NCBI GenBank assembly: GCA_030704615.1 | Contig: CM060733.1 | Location: forward strand, 37,882,001 to 37,946,000 | DNA length: 64,000 nucleotides | Direction: 5' to 3' | Origin: Takakia lepidozioides | Taxonomy: Eukaryota; Plantae; Bryophyta | Part shown: in pieces, positions 40,040 through 53,970 of the stretch | Layout: each line of letters begins with the position of its first letter | How positions within the stretch are numbered: the stretch's first letter is position 1 | The notes under the pieces: model-generated | The model's input: the letters and a program-made list of their open reading frames with translations, nothing else | What the model was told of the DNA's origin: nothing | The model's database searches: none | Made by a program: the position numbers and the translations under genes

Positions 40040-43030
40040 ACCGGGTCAATGGGTGAACCAATCGTTCCCCCAAATGATTTTAGATTGATTTGAAACTTTG
40101 GGAGTGTCTTGTACATGCCCTCTTTAAGTTACCGGACAAGTATGAGGTCAATCTAAAATGGTTTAAAGGGTAAACCAATAGTTCCCCTATTAAATGATTC
40201 ATGATTGAAAATTGGTTGAAAGGTTTAACGAGTCGTTCGGGGGGCAAATGATTTTTTCTTCGCTTGCAACTTTGTGTATGTGATTTGTACGTACTTAAGC
40301 ATATATGGACCAAGTTGAACTTCAACAAAGTTGTTTGAATGGGTTATTCAAATTCATAACGGAGGTATGTGTCATATAGACGAGAAACAACCTTTCACCT
40401 GCACATGAATTGTTTTTAATTCCATTGTGAAGCCATATGCTTGATAACAACATGAAGAGTTTGCATGCAAAATATCACCATGAACAGACATCGTCTGCAT
40501 TCAAAACACATTTTATTCCCTCATTTGCATTCCAAGATGAAGTTATCTTCAACTTTATGCACTTTTCATAGAGAGTTCTGCAATAGTGAGCATAGAACAA
40601 AGGATGAACATTTTTTTTCAAACATTTTTCTTTGATACATTTTTTGGCAAGGATGTGGTGGTGTGAGGGTTCAACTCACAGAACAAAATCAAGCCAAAAA
40701 CAAAATCATTGCGCCCCACAAATCCACAATCCTATGCCCTCTAAATCATTTTATTTAGTAAAAATCCAATTCAATTCAAAATTGGATGAAAGTGTGAACG
40801 GAAACTTCCCCAATAAATGATATTTTATTTATCCGAAACTTTGCAAGTGTCTTCTACATGCCCTCTTACACGTCTTTGAGAAGTATGACATCAATCTAAA
40901 ATGGTTTAAAGGGTGAACCAATCGTCCCCCTACCAAATGATTTTAAATTGATTTGAAACTTTGCAAGTGTCTTGTACATGCCCTCTTACAAGTCTTTCAC
41001 AAGTTTCAAGTCAATCTAAAATGGTTGAAAGCGTGAATCAATCATGAACATATCAAATAATTTTTTAGTGCTTTAAAGCTTTGCAAGTGTCTTTCACATG
41101 CCATCTTAAAGGTACCGGACAAGTATGAGGTCAGTAAAATATGGTTGAAAAGGTGAACCAATTGTTCCCCTATCAAATGATTTTACATTGCTTTGAAGCT
41201 TTGCAAGTGTCAGCCACATGCCCTCTTACAAGTACCGGACAAGTATGACATAAAAAAAAATGGTTGAAAGGGTGAACCAATCATTCCGCTATCAAATGAT
41301 TTTATATTGCTTTGGATGTCACTGGTTTGGATGTCATTGCTTTGGTAATTCTAGCCCCCCAATGGCCCATTCTAATCCTTGAATTACAATTCAAAATGCA
41401 ATTCAAGCCCTTAAAATTGGTAATGCCAGTACCTAAAATGACCCAACTCCGGCCGCCCCTCAAATTGTAATTTGAACCCTTGAAATTGTCAATTCCAACC
41501 CCTCAAATTGCAATTCTAGCCCCTGAAATGGCAATTCCAGCCCCTCAAATTGCAACTATAGCCTGTGAAATGGCAATTGCTAGTGCAGCCCCTGAAATGG
41601 CAATTTCAGCCCTTGAAATTGGCTATGGGTGAACCAATCATTCCCCTGCCAGATGATTTTGGATTGATTTGAAACTTTGCGAGTGTCTTCTACATGCCCT
41701 CTTAAAGTTACTGGACAAGTATGATGTCAATGTAAAATGGTTCAAAGGGTGAATCAACAGTTTCCCTGTTGGATGATTCAGGATTAATCATTAACGATTG
41801 ATCTCATATTACACTGGGACCTATCAGATGGTACATTGAACATACTGGCCAAGTCTCAAAGCGAACGAAAATCATTTGGATGCGCAACCATCCGTTCGCC
41901 CATTGAACAAATTTTGATTGATCTCATATTACTTTGGGGCCTCTTATATGGTACATTGAACATACTGGCCAAGTCTCAAAGCAAACCAAAATCATTTCGA
42001 TGGCCAACCATCCGTTGAGCCATTGAATGAATTTCGATTGATCTGATATTAGTCTGGGACATGTGAGAGGATGTCTCAAACGTACTGGCAAAGTTTGGAA
42101 GCAAACAAAAATGATTTGGATGGGCAACCATCCGTTCACCCGTTGAATGTATTTTGTTGGATCTGCTATTACTTTGGGACCTGTTGGACTTCGTTTCGCG
42201 TGCTCGTGTTTTTTTTTTTCATTCCGTTTTTAAATGGGGCGTGTAATGACTCCATATGCAACGTGTGTGCCAAATTTGGAAGCGATCAAAATTCATTTGG
42301 ACCCAAAACCACAGTTTCTTCCCTGTTTTGCACTCCAAACTTGATTTGTGCTCTACTTCATGCACTCTTTATAGAGAGTTTTGCAATAGTGAGCGAAGAG
42401 AACACTTTTTTTTGGGGGCATTTTTGATTGGTCCAAATTTTGGCGGGGGAGTAGCAGTGGGATGTTTGAAGCCGCAGAACAAAATTGAATCAAAAACAAA
42501 ATCGATACGTGCCAGAAACCCCCAATGAAAGGCAGTGTAAACCTATTTATTGGCTGAAAATTAATTGAAATTCAATTACATTCTGGAATGGCTTGGCGTC
42601 GATGGGGAGGCAAATGATTTATTTGTCTGTTCATTTATTTGCGATTAATCGTTAATGTTGAAAAGGATAAACCAAAGGTTCCTTGATTAAATAAATTTTG
42701 AATGATTTGAAATTTTGCCAGTATGTTCTACATGCCCTCTTACATGGACCGGACAAATATGAGATCAATAAAAAAATGGTTCACAAGATGAACCAATGGT
42801 TACTTGATGTGCCAATTTCTGATTGCTTTCAAACTTTGCCATTGCATTGTATATGCCATCTTAAAGGTACCGGACAAGTATGAGTTCGATTTAAAATATT
42901 GCAATGGGTGAACCAATGGTATCTTCATTTAGTAATTTTTTATTGTTTTGAAACTTTGCCAGTATATTGTATATGCCGTCGAACAGGTACCGAACAAGTA
43001 TGAGGATATTAAAAAATGGTTCAAAAGATG
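40040..43030. repeat. AT-rich ~120 bp repeat complex with an internal inverted block and minisatellite
   Basis: GGGTGAACCAATC...AAACTTTGCAAGTGTCTT...ACAAGTATGA units run forward at 40040-41790 and 42640-43030, inverted at 41790-42190; AATTCCAGCCCCT minisatellite at 41345-41625. Confidence 0.85.
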
Positions 43031-43131
43031 AAACTCGTATTTCTAAAAATTACGTGGACAATACAGTGGGTTGCACATTTAAGTTTTTGCAACCTGAGAC
43101 CTTTGGCCTACTACCTATGTTTCTAGCCTTT

Positions 43132-45703
43132 CTAGTCATCTTCATCTAGATTAATTACTTCGTTGTCGTCATCTCCAGATGTTGATGAAGATGCTCCGGG
43201 TGTAGAGGACGTGCCTCCACCAGTACGGAGAGCTCGAGCCTGGGCTCGAGTGGTCAAAGAGGGACCCAGTGTTGTGTGGTCCACCCTTTCCATCATGCGT
43301 AGCGTTCTAGGCGAGTGTTGACTCTCTTCCATATTTGCCATAGCCGGGTTTGTTGCTCTTGCTACGGCTTCATGCAATTTTTCAATTAAATCCGGTATGT
43401 TTGGAAGTGGCAAGATTACCCCTAGAATAGGGGCAACTTGGGCACGCCATGTGTTCTGCCAATACCGAACAACACTCCTGATGGCAGCCTTGAAATTGTC
43501 CAACACCTCCTCCTGTTGAGGGTCTCTGCGTAACTCTGGAGGAAACGGCCCTTCATCCCGACGAGGCACCCAATACCTCTCATTCATATTATCCCAATGG
43601 ATGTTAATGTCCTCCAACTCCCTCAGAAATAGGTCTCTCCCAATCGGTTCGCGATTATATGGGTCGTTTTTCGCTGGCATCCACGGATCCTCAGGTAGTC
43701 GAAAAAATCTTTGTTTGGTACAGCTCCAATGCCCTCCCAAGTTTCGGCAAAAAAAACTCTCTTTCGACTGGGTCCCGTATGCCTCTAGCACGCACGGTTA
43801 TTTCCCAGTTGGATGTCACCCAAAAGGTCACCGGATCTTTAACCCTAGATTTAGTCAAGGCATCCAAGGCGTGCATCTCTCTTGGAGCATCCCATGTCAT
43901 TGTCTTCCCCCAGTGCTGACAATTTAAAAAATCGTAAGGCTCCACATCCAATGGCATGTTGTACCGGTTGTACTCGTATCCCGTGGGCATATTGTCTTGC
44001 AACCCAAACACCTCGTAGAAACGTCGATGGATTGGTCCACGGCAGTCAGGGCATTGGCTGGCTCGCATGGCTGCCGATAAGAGACATGTGGGGTGGAACA
44101 AATGGCCACATGAACCAAGCATATAGCCTCCCTCCGGTCTGTAAGGGTTTAGGCACATTGTGCACACCGCACCATCTGTTACCCATGACGGTGGATTGCT
44201 CCGTGGTATCCACGTCCGCGATTCCTCATGAATGCCGGATGACATCCTCGGCCTGCTATCCCACTCATCCTCTACTTCCAAATCCCAGTTTATGCTCTTA
44301 TTGGTATCGGAAATTGTATGTACACAGTGCTCAAACATGACATCCACATCACCCCATGTGGTGAATCCAGTGTACTTCGACGTGAATACATCACGCACAG
44401 TGTGGCGCCTTTGCAAATTAGCAGAGATGCTATCTACGCTTCGATTCGACAAACGTGCTGCACGTTGGAGGGAGGATAACGTTTCTTCTATCTGTGTTTC
44501 CCGCGATGCTAGATGGCCCGCCCATGTCACCCAGTTCCGCCAATTCCCCTTCAACCATGGCCACGATCGGATTTGCATGGCATTTGAGTACCGATATGCA
44601 ACAGCCCTAGCTTGGTCACGTTCCCCCACAAACTGCTCTAATTCATGTTCCTGGGCCGATGTAATTTGCACGACTGAACATTCCCCGGTTTCCACTATGG
44701 GGTCCTTCCCTTTTCTTGCCCTCCTTGCCGCAAGTCTTTCTTCCTCAACCCTCGTCGGGTCCAGTTCAGGTGTTTATACTTCATTCCCATACCCGATTGA
44801 GTCAACCCCGTCGATGACGCGGTCAATGTCCATTGGTGGCATATCCAAACGCACCAATATGTCTTGCTCGTTGGTGATTGGCCTCGGGTCCTGAAGCACA
44901 CCGCGTACGCTGTCGAGAGTCCCCAACTCCATTCTTTCCAGCAACTTCGCTATTTGCCACAGTTACAAATGAAGAATGTCTTGCAGGACATTGCAGATCC
45001 TTGATGTGCTGTTCATGTGCGGCCAACTGTTCCTCCAACGGAAAGCGTACTCGCCCCCCTCCACCTCAGACGTTGAAGCCTCGGCTGCGGAGATCTGTTG
45101 CGGCATATAATCTGGAGGTTGGTCCTCCTGTACCTCCCACACCACCACTGCGTTTGTCGTTCCTCCTTTTTTCACCTCGTCGTTTCTATCCAACCGTATG
45201 ATGTCCTGCTCCTGACGTATATACAAGTTTGGGATATCAGAGAGCATGTATAGTCTAGTACGCTGTCTCACAGTGGCAGTTTGTCAATCCATTGATTGCA
45301 ATAAAATCAACTCTGTGTACAACATGGCCGTAAATAAATACGGGACCTTGTTGTTGACGAGCGGTTGACCCCACAATGTTGTATGTACCTCCTCTGCCCT
45401 GTGGCAGAAATGCGGGTTAGCGCAGGAATGCAAGCTAGCTTGATTTTGTTTGGTTTGTGGCTCATGCCTATCTTTGGGCCACAAACGATTTATATGACAC
45501 CAGTCCACAAATTTCCTACAGTCACCAAGCGACCACCGCTGCCCCAACCTCCAAACCTCCCAACCTGGTTCCGCAAGAATGTTGGGGTCATTGTATATGT
45601 CCCAACAAAGTTCGCGCCTGGCCCCTTTCGGTTTTTTTTGGGGAGGTCTAGGTTCATTATCCTCATCTCTGGGATGACCTCCTTTGTCTTCCTCCTCCGC
45701 CAT
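43132..45703 (-). pseudogene. Intronless ~850-codon RING-H2 finger protein
   Basis: ORFs starting at 45703, 45271 and 44695 are in one frame separated by stops; frameshift at the A-run near 43750. CTMC...CGHLFHPTC...CPDCR is a C3H2C3 RING. Confidence 0.8.
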
Positions 45704-46055
45704 TTATGGCTCTGGCTTACCCCTACTCGACAGGTGTTTGCTAAGACAACCCTCCTAAATCGTACCTAATCCTACTCCCTAATGAATCCTCCCCAAATAC
45801 TAGAGGCACGTGTCACACCCTCCGCAGTTCTAAGTGACATGACGGAATGTGCAATGAAAAAAACATGGGTGCCAGAGGAGGGCTTCCCGGGAGGTATTCA
45901 ACATCGATTTTGTGGGAACCAACGGCCAAAAATACCCCCCCACCCAACCAATAACACCTCTCTCCACTCGGACTCAATGACAAGGAATGCAACATCCCAT
46001 CGCCTACCAAGTCCTGGTGTGGAGAAAAGTGAGGGAGAGAATGGCCTCGAAGGCC

Positions 46056-46635
46056 TTATAAACCCCCCTCCACACTCGGGGCGCGCGCTGTCATCATGAC
46101 TACGCGCGCTACTAATAGTTGCGACCGCCAGCAGGGGGTGGTCGCAAAAAATTTTCTTTTCTTTATTAGGTGCGACCACCAGCAGGGGGGTGGTCGCAGC
46201 AATTTTGTTTAAGAAAAATAGGTGCAACCACCACCTGTTGGTGGTCGCACTGTTTTCCTTTTCTTTAATAGATGAGACCACCAGCAGGGGGGTGGTCGCA
46301 CCATTTTTTTTAAGGTGCGACCACCAGCAGAGGGGTCCTCGCAGGGGGGTAGTCACATATTTTTCTATTTTTTTAATAGCTGCAACCACCAGCAGGGGGG
46401 TGGTTGCACCATTTTTTTTTAGGGGCGACCACCAGCAAGGGGGTGGTCACAGAATTTTCTATTTTGAAATAGTTGCGACCACCAGTAGGGGGGTGGTCGG
46501 ACCATTTTTCTTTTTGGTAAATAGGTGCGACTACCAGCAGGGGGGTGGTCGCAACATTTTTATTTTATTTTAACAGTTGCGACGACCGCTACTGGTGGTC
46601 GCACAATTGTTTTTTCTTAAATAGATGCGACCACA
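46056..46635 (-). promoter_or_regulatory. P3 hairpin array (~10 copies) plus TATA-like box upstream of the RING gene
   Basis: Array at 46120-46635; minus-strand TTTATAAGG at 46062-46054. Confidence 0.6.
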
Positions 46636-49269
46636 AGGAGGTTGGTCCCCCTGCACTTGTATGTATGTTTGGAGAGGCAGATGAAAAGCATATGTATCGA
46701 CTCCTCATGGATTTGTAAAGGAGAAGAATGTTGGGAGCTGCACCTGGCCTTTGTGGCTTTCGAAGCCATAATAGGAAATCAACAATGTAAAGGTAATGAC
46801 GAAACACAAACTACACACACAACCACCAAACCCTTTCTTGGGTACACATATTCCACCATTTTTATTTCCGTACACGTATGCATGTACCCAAACTGAAACA
46901 TGGATATCCATGGAAACATACTACACATCATGTGACAGAAGTTATAGTTATACCTAGTTCCTTCTAGCACGACGACGATGGTATGATCTCACGCCCAGTA
47001 CAAAATCTTCGTCCCCACTCACTTCACCCCCGTTCCCATGATCAGTGCTAGAATTATGATCTCCATCTGTTCTTTTGTTTCCAGAGGCAAGTGGCCATTG
47101 GACCTGTAGTCGTCCTCGGACTACATTCAGTTGTCTCTCTGGTCGATTTCCACTCCTATTATGAATACCATCTAGGGTATCAGGCCTGTTCACAGGTCGG
47201 TTACCAACAAAAGGTTGCACAACTCTCTGCCGTTTCTGGGCTTGTCCCGGATTTCGTGGTGGCCTTGGAGCAGGTCTCGTATAAGGAAGGCTACTCGCAC
47301 GTACATCAGAGGGGCCGACATGAGAGGAATGGGCATGAGATGAACCAGCGAGGATCGAGGGAGCACGGTTCACATGCGGACGTCGTCGGGCCAGATGAAA
47401 CGACAATGGCCGGTCGTCGTCATCCGATGGTTCGACTTGCATAAGTCCCGCAGCAGAAGAAGCATCTCCCAGGATTGGAGTAGCGATGGAAGGAATTACA
47501 TGAGGGGGAAAGAGACTAGATGGACCAGCATGGGATGGACCGGCTTGAGAAAGAGAAACATGAGATGGAGCGGCGTGAGATGAAGCACGGTTCACAGGGG
47601 CAGGATGTCGGTGAAGGAATGACAACGGCCGGTTGTCATCATCTGACGATTCGACCTGTATATCTCCTACAGTCCGTGGTGGTGGGGGAGAGTTGACCTT
47701 AACTTCATTGTTGAGAGTGTGCTCCAGTGGGGGATGGGGGTCCACAATTGGGATGACACCATGTCGCAGTTCATCAACAACAAGGTCATCGAAGGATGGA
47801 TGCATTGCAACATCGTCGTCATTAAACTCGTATGGGTCATGTGGAGGATTGCCCACATCATCGGATTCATCCCAACCGTCGGAGTTGGAGTCCCTCGCGG
47901 TGTCGGTGTCATCATTGCTTCTAGATTGGACCTCTGAGGCAGATTCTTCAGACAACAGATTCTTCTCGTACCATGCAGATGCGTCACTTGCTGTCCTCTC
48001 TCGCAATAGCCTACAATTCGTATAGACATAAATCAATTTGTCAGCCCTGGCAGGATTCAACCTGTTGCGAATGTTGTTGTGAACAAACGAGTAACTGCTC
48101 CAGTTCCGCACACATGACGAGGCAGAGCACACTTGAGCAAGAATATGCTTTGCAATGGGAGCTAATGTTCTTGCTCCAGCTCCAATCAGATCCCACAATT
48201 CATGTGGCAATATGTTCATTGTTTTTGGATCCGACATGTCATGGAAAGGATTCTGGCGATCCAAGAAGCACTGGTACTCGGACAAAGCTCGCTCTACCAT
48301 GTTCAAGGGCGCGAGTTGCATGATGACCCGTACAAGCCTGGCTTTGGCATCCACATCGTCTCTCAAATCCGTATTGTCCAGCAAGAATGGATTCAGCAAG
48401 GCCCCCGCATAATGCAAGTCCGTGCAAACCATCCGTTTGCGGTCGTAAAATGCATCCTCGGTCCTTGCCGCCAAATCATCGTCCATAGAAAATGGAGGAC
48501 GCCTCAAGGATTGCATGTGCTTCTCAAGGTTTTCCAATATCAACCATGTTTTACCCATTATTGGTTGTTTTCCATCAAACTCCCGCAAAACAATCAACAC
48601 TGGCTCCACCATGTATACAAAATTTGCACATTTCGCCCAGAAATCGTCGGATCGAATGATTGTGCGGACCCTCCGACTTTTGCTCAAAAACTTGGACTTA
48701 CGAGACTCGCGTAAGGTGCCCACATATGTATCCTATTGAGGGTCGATGATCACCTGCTCCAGATCCGCCCTCACTATCACCAGTCGATCCACCATCAAAA
48801 AGTTTGTGGCAAAGCGGGTTTCACCCGGGTTCTTAAGGCTGTATTTGGGTTCATGCTTTCTAAACAATGCCAGAGGGATGTGATGTGTACGGATGAACGT
48901 CACAACCGACTTTGCCCTTTTTATTAGTTGTTTCATCCATGATTCTTTTCCCCAATCCTCCAAAATGAGATCAAAGATATGAGCATCACACCCTTGGTAA
49001 TATAGATGGGGATATCGTACCATCAAAATATCGGCCATATTAACCATGTTAAATGCATTGTCCGTGCATACTTGGACAATTTTATCAGCTCCAATTTTAT
49101 CGATTAAACTCGTCAACAACCCTGCTTGATAACGTGCATCTTTTCTCTCCCCGCTTGTGTCAACGGATCCCAAAAATTGTTCCCCCGCAGGACAGACGAG
49201 CATGACATTGAACAGTGGTCGATTAGTAACAGAACTCCAACCGTCTGCACATATCTTTTCATTCACCTT

Positions 49270-52200
49270 CACTAGAAGAGAAACCGGCTTTTTCCACGGC
49301 TCTGCCATCTCACACCTGGCACATTCCATGGCTTTTATCACGGAGTGAGCCAAGGTGTGGGTCAAAATATGCCCTAATTGTGGGGTGTCTCACATGTGAT
49401 CCACACCCGAGGCAAGAACGGTGTGAAAACAACCATGAGCATGGCGGGAGTTGGCTTAGTTTACATGATATGTTACACACATGTGTGAAATGGGACCATA
49501 GAATTTCCACATTGTGGTGTATGGGGAGTTTGAGAATGATGCCCTTGGAAAATGATTATGAACTTCATGTTCATGTTTAGAAATCTGCACGATGGGCTAC
49601 TAGCAAGTGAAGAATCACCCCCTGCTACACCCCATTTTCAATCTCTACATTATGAAGTCTATAATGCCCTTGGTGAAATGAGCATAGGGATCGCATTCAA
49701 AGGTGGCCCCGTTCCGTTGCAACCTATGACACAACTAGAACAAATAGGCATAGGCATGATTTACACTTTTTGCCACAAATCACTTGCATCATCCTTACGT
49801 TGAACTCCTTGTTTATGTGACATACTTGGACTTTGTCATCTCACACATCAAAGAAAAAACCAGAATATTTCGAAAAAATCCTAACCTAAATTTCCTAACA
49901 AGTGTTCAAACCAGCCCAATGGTAATATATTTTATTACCATTATCAAATGTTTGTCTACGTGGTGTTTTGGTTTTCTAGACAAGTCTGGGTTAAAAAGGT
50001 TAAAAGGTTAAAAAGTCAAAAAGTTGCTAATAAGGTTGCCCATTAGGATAATCGTGAACACAGATGAGGGCTGGGACTTGGCGTATTTTTTTGTCTCCTG
50101 TGCCACAGCATGTAGCCGAGGGATGGAACACGATGATCGCAGGATATGCAGGGGCGTGGGATGGAGGCGTTGAGCAAATGATGCAGGAAGGAGGAGATGA
50201 GGAGAAGATGAGACGAGGAGAAGCTCGCAACATTCTTGCGAGCTCGTCGTTCTTGGGAGAGTTAGCTTGGTCTTAGCAGGCCGTGTTTCAATCTCTGCCT
50301 ACTCAGCTGCACCGTGGTGGTTTGATCTCGCAGACCAATCCGACATTACCTGACTACAGACACAAGCAGCACACACAAGAGGTCCTTTTGGGTTGATGGT
50401 CGGTCAAGTCATGACACAAGCTCAAGGACAATGTGGTGAGGGCACCTTATTCTTTGACCTATTTCAGCCTGTTTTGCCCTCTCACATCATGTTTGTGTGC
50501 ATTGCAATGCTTGTGCAAGCCTGGCAGCCCTTGAGAAGGGCAAAGAGGTGCATGGGGATATCATCAAAGCTGGAATTGTACCTAATGTCATTCTAAACAC
50601 TGCCTTGGCAGCTCTGGAAAAGGGGAATGATGTCCGTGGTGACATCTTCAGAGCTGGAATTGTACCAAATGTCATTATGAACAATACCCTAGTGGACATG
50701 TATGCAAAATGTGGGTGCATCGAGGATGCAAAGGGAGTGTTCAACACTATGGCTGAACGAGATGTGGTGTCGTGGAGTGCGATGCTTGCAGGGTATGCAC
50801 AGCAGGGACGTGGGATGGAGGCTTTGGAGACCTATGAGCAAATGATGGGGGAAGGGGTTCAGCCCAACCACATCATGTTTGTGTGCATTGCAGGCCTGAC
50901 AACCCTGATTTAAATCAGGCACCTCAACCATGACCACAACTTCTAAAAGAGGATCAAGAGAGGGAGTCCATAATGCCTCTTCTGGCTCTTATGGGCATGT
51001 GAAGATGCTTTGTGAGGCAGGCAGACTGAAAGAGGCTCTACAACCTTTAAACCAAGGAGCATTTCAGCAGATTCAGATATGTATGTCTGTCTCTTGCTTA
51101 AGTGCATCAAATTGAAGGGTCTGGAAGCTGGAAAGCAGGTGCACACTCACATTATCCAAAGTGGATTCACGCCAAGTGTTTTTCTCCTCAACACCCTTGT
51201 GAACATGTATGTTAAGTGCAGGAGCATCATGAATGCACACCGAGTGTTCAACGGAATGCCTCAACGAACTTTGATCACGTTGAATATAATGTTGGTAGGA
51301 TTTAACATGGGTGTGGTAGGAATGCTTTGGAGACCTATGAGCAACTGTTGCGCGAAGGGGTGAAGTCCAACCACATCACATTTGTTTGTAATGCATGTGC
51401 AAGCTTGGGAGATCTGGAAAAGGGCAAAGAGGTCCATGGTGACATCGTCAAATCTGGAATTGTACCCAATGTCATTCTGAACATTGCCCTGGTGGACTGC
51501 ATGTATGCCAAATGTGGGTGCATCGAGGATGCAAAGGAAGTGTTCGACAGTATGGCTGAACAAGATGTGGTGTCGTGGAGTGCGATGATTGCAGGATATG
51601 CACAGCAAGGGCGCGGATGGAGGCTTTGGAGACCTATGAGCAATGATGCGGGAAGGGGGTGATTCCCTGTGGAAAAATAGCTCCAAGAAACCTGCATGGG
51701 TAGATGGTAAACTGGAAGCCGCAGCAGCAGCGACACAATTGATCAAATCAGGCAATGTTAATCAAGGCATCTTCTTCAACACATTTCACTCTATTTTCCC
51801 ATCTTATCAGAATCGCCCTAAATTTTCATGTTTTAATAATTTTGCAAGTTAGCTAGTTGAGTGAACCTTTGATAGTTTGGAGTGACTTTGACATGATACT
51901 GCCAAAGTGACAATAGGAAAGTATCCAGAAATAGGTAACAGAGAGGAGAAGCTGTGTACTTTTCTGACCCCAGTCAATGGTGGGACAACCGTCTTGGAAG
52001 GTAAATGCCTTTGGATTACAGAGTGGTAGATGCAATTGAGAATAGGAACTGGTGTGATAAGTTGAGTTGGGTGTTTGCTGGAACAAATCTAGGCTGCCAT
52101 TGTCAGCTGCTAACAGCAATGCAAGGATGTATGCATGATCTGTGCAGAGGCATGGATAGCTGAAGGAGCAGGGATAGAGTGTCATCCAAGAGGGCCAGAT

Positions 52201-53058
52201 TTCAAGCTCCAGATTACTTATGATTCCCTGTGGAAGGATAGCTACAAGAAACCTGCATGGGTAGATGGTACATAGTTTGGAGTTGTTTTGACATGATACT
52301 GCCAAAGTGACAATAGGAAAGTATCCAGAAACATATAACAGAGATGAGGAGAAGCTGTGGAATGAATGCTTTTCTGACCCCAGTCAGGGGTGGGACAACC
52401 GAGGGAAAAAGGTGAATGTCTATTAGATTACAGAGAGTAGGAGACGCAACTCAGCATAGACACTAAGACAAACTCTCCTTCCCTGCAAAGGGTGTGTTTT
52501 GGTATCTGAGCGAATATATATAATTTCTAAAAACATAATTTCAATATTTTGTTATTTAATAATGTTCTCATCAAGGCCACTGTCCATTTTTCCTATAATA
52601 ATAATAATAATAATAACAATAAATTAAATACATTAATATTCAAACTTAATATTGGAAATCAATTAATAATTAATTAATGCGTACCACCACATAGGAACGA
52701 ACACGTGTTGCATAGTGACTTGTCAAAGGTGTGAAATATGACACATGTCGCATAGTGGCTTGTTCAAGGTGTGAAATCTGCAGTGAAACATGCCACACTG
52801 GCCTTTTTCACACTCTGCCATGTCAGCTATGTCATCGGCCATGTCAGCGGCCATGTCACCATGCACCCCGTGAAAAAAGCCACCCATGGAAAAAGCCTCC
52901 CGTGGACTTTTCCACAGGGCCACCCGAGAGTCAGGCCGTCCACGGGGTGTCCGAAAGCACTAGTCGTTTCTTATACCCACGGCAGGTGTGGACTGCGGCT
53001 GATTCCACAGCAAAAAGTGTGGAAAAAGCTGTGGAAAAAGCCGGTTTCTCTTCTAGTG
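49270..53058. mobile_element. Non-autonomous CACTA (Pack-CACTA) element, 3789 bp
   Basis: Perfect 28 bp TIRs CACTAGAAGAGAAACCGGCTTTTTCCAC; 3 bp TSD CTT at 49267-49269 and 53059-53061; no transposase inside. Confidence 0.95.
50483..51660 (+). pseudogene. Captured PLS-type PPR gene fragments
   Basis: NTLVDMYAKCGCIEDAKGVFNTMAERDVVSWSAMLAGYAQQG and NTLVNMYVKCRSIMNAHRVF; duplicated, shuffled and frameshifted. Confidence 0.9.
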
Positions 53059-53970
53059 CTTTTGGGTGAGGTCAGACATAGCCTCTTTTAGCAATCCTGT
53101 GCGGAGATCGCGATAACTCGGAGGTGTGTATGTGGACTTGGAATCGGACGTGGCTTTGACAACAGCCACAAACGCAGGAAGCCTCGAGACATTGAACGGA
53201 ATATTGGCCTCGTAGAAAAATTGGGCCCACTTCTTATCCAGAGTTCTCCTGTGCGACAAATTTAAGCCTTCTTGCATTGATTGTTGCCTCAATGGTTTGG
53301 TCCGTACAAGTGCTAGCGTACAATCGGGTGTTGCTCCTGACCCACCGGCTTCTCCACAAACAACAGACGTCTCGCAAGAATCCCCCTGGGTACAACTCTG
53401 AGGAACATTTTGATTCGAACATGGAGTGTTTGGCTCAGAAGCCGCGGCCATATCAAGAGACGGTGGGATATTGCCTCCACATTGGGTAAAGTGGGCTTTC
53501 ACTCGCATGGAGGCTCCCTGCATTCTTCCCATCTCTTTAGCCGATGTGATATAACATGCGATCTTTGCGACCCGCCAGCTTCAATGCACAAAGATTGCAT
53601 TGAACACCGTCCTTTTTGTGTGGGTCTACGGTGAACCAAGGGATCCACTCCTCCCTCATCCTCACACCCAAAACCCTAACCACAGACTTAAGATTGAACG
53701 AAGAACACTAGTGTACTTGGTAGATTTGTCAAGAGCAATAGAAGGTAGAACAGAATGCGATGGCCCAACACTTTGGCATCAATCCAAGTGGATCAATGCA
53801 CCATGTAGTATTGTGCTTTTCGACAATTTGCTGCAGTGGCTCTGTAGGAAGCCACAACAGCAAACGGTCCGCACCCTCCTCTTGGGCTACAATCTTGCTC
53901 AAGGAATAGAGAACATTCACTCCCCACAAAAATGTTTGTCACAAAAGTAGTGAGGGGCATTGTGACCACC

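Larger units (their letters stand above)
46954..53659 (-). pseudogene. hAT-family transposase-like gene (BED finger, DUF659-type core, dimerisation domain), interrupted by a CACTA element
   Basis: WIPWF...VQCNLC...RMLYH; FFYEANIPFN...PPSY; ICADGW, CTDNA, CDAHIFDLILED, ETRFATNF, CSASSCVRNWS. Removing 49270-53058 and one TSD joins DLTQK|VNEK in frame. Confidence 0.9.
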
